Source of the DNA: Nemertoderma westbladi
Lineage: Eukaryota; Animalia; Xenacoelomorpha
Length of the DNA stretch: 36,920 nucleotides
NCBI GenBank assembly: GCA_032718475.1
Contig: JAUCBJ010007714.1
Span: forward strand, 1 to 36,920
Direction of reading: 5' to 3'
Part shown: positions 35,760 to 36,920 of the stretch, in pieces
How the letters are laid out: each line of letters opens with the position of its first letter
Numbering within the stretch: position 1 is the stretch's first letter
Notes under the pieces: generated by a model
What the model saw: the letters and a program-made list of their open reading frames with translations, nothing else
Told to the model about the DNA's origin: nothing
Database searches by the model: none
Position numbers and translations under genes: made by a program

Positions 35760-36920
35760 AGTAAAAACCTTACCGGTAGGTATGCAAATACAGTGCAATT
35801 ACTAAAGTAAAAAAGCAACTGACCATTAGACGTTGCATGTAATCAGTGATCAGCTGACGGCTGTCAGCTGATCAGTAGGTTTCGCCCCAATGGGGGCTTT
35901 CTCAAGTAGCTAGTGCTAGAAAGGAGACAATAGATAGAAGTTCCCAAGGGAGACGGGACGGTAAAGTGAAACAAGGTAGAAGTGTATCCATCTAACCACT
36001 GGGAAGCAGCACCTCGAACTTGCGCCACTCACGTTTCTGCTTGTTAATAGCTGGCTGGCGAGTGCGTATATAAAACATTTCTAGTTTTTGCAGGACAGGA
36101 CGCAAAGGGTGCCGTGCAATAACCTTGAAGTGTTTGAACAACTCTCGCCAGTCGGTCAACCAACGTGTGTTGGGCTCCCCGCGGTGCGTCATGACATGGT
36201 TGTGAACTGTCTTGCCTTGTTCACTACAATCATTGGCCGACCCGTCTTGATGCTGTCTAACGCGTTCAAATAAGTGTTGGATGGTATGTCCAACATATTC
36301 CCCCTTACAAGAGGGACAAGCAAATGAATACACGACGTTAGAAGCCAGAATATCGGGAACCGGATGTTTCAATGATGGCAGTGATGGCGCAGTTTGGCAG
36401 TTGTGTAAACAAACCGCACTGGCCGTGCGCAAGATCTCGGTACTAGACCACGAAGCCTACGAACGAAAAGTTCGGTAGCCCGACCACTGTACTCAAACTT
36501 ACAGATGATAGGCCTGGGATTATCTACGGGTGCTGGATCCACCAGGTCAATGACCTCAGTGGGTGCAACCGCAGTCACCTCGCTCTCACTACAATTGCCA
36601 GGACGACCCCTAGCGGCACGGACGGCAGTAAGCTCGCGTTGAATCATCGCATTTGTATATTGGTTATTGCTAAGAATGGTGTTAGCTTCGCCAATTGCAG
36701 TATGGAGCTGGGAGCCATCCCCACCCTTACTGACGTTGAAAATGCGATGAAACATTCCACTCAAGGAGGTGGTGCAGCTTGCTGGTGATCTACTGTACGA
36801 GCAACGTCCTGACCAGCCTATCAACAAGGACCAATTTATTCGTCTTATGTTGGTTGCTACACAGGATGTTGTATTCCTGGATCACCATGGTAATTACCGT
36901 TGTCAGAGGGATGGTGTCGC
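35760..36920 (-). mobile_element. Penelope-like element: GIY-YIG endonuclease and RT C-terminus on -, inverted RT segment on + (~36750-36920); runs off the window
   Basis: NVVYSFACPSC..YVGHT...ERVRQH...LEMFYI...PAIN on -; NIPLKEVV...FIRLM...F...YRCQRDGVA on +; left boundary approximate. Confidence 0.88.
35875..35915 (-). ncRNA. Hammerhead-ribozyme-like motif in the Penelope 3' region (variant or degenerate)
   Basis: Minus strand cTTGAGAA-a-gcccc(catt)ggggc-GAAAc: variant core, stem II and GAAA; stems I and III are not convincingly closed. Confidence 0.45.

Overview
Eukaryotic (animal-like, probably invertebrate) repeat-rich genomic DNA; no prokaryotic genes, rRNA/tRNA genes or CRISPR are evident. 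There is one convincing host gene: a ~3.3-3.5 kb uninterrupted ORF/exon (17954-21502, +) encoding a ROCO GTPase (ROC-COR) with two C-terminal CARD-like death folds and, just upstream of the ROC, a segment resembling the APAF-1/CED-4 winged-helix domain. It sits between a ~7 kb 35/28-bp satellite plus a 12-bp minisatellite on the left and a ~4 kb 30-bp minisatellite on the right. A near-intact CRE-clade (RT + restriction-like endonuclease) retrotransposon, broken by a single in-frame TGA, is inserted into the satellite with an apparent 15-bp target-site duplication; its ORF carries an N-terminal Cys-rich domain and ~27 in-frame decapeptide repeats. The rest is decayed mobile DNA: a CR1/L2-type LINE, a solo LTR with 5-bp TSD and a partial relative, a MITE, four RTE pieces (one scrambled into +/-/+ segments), a second CRE-type relic, an APE-type LINE 5' fragment, and Penelope-like elements (one with an inversion and a hammerhead-like motif). 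All family assignments come from motif recognition by eye; no database searches were run.
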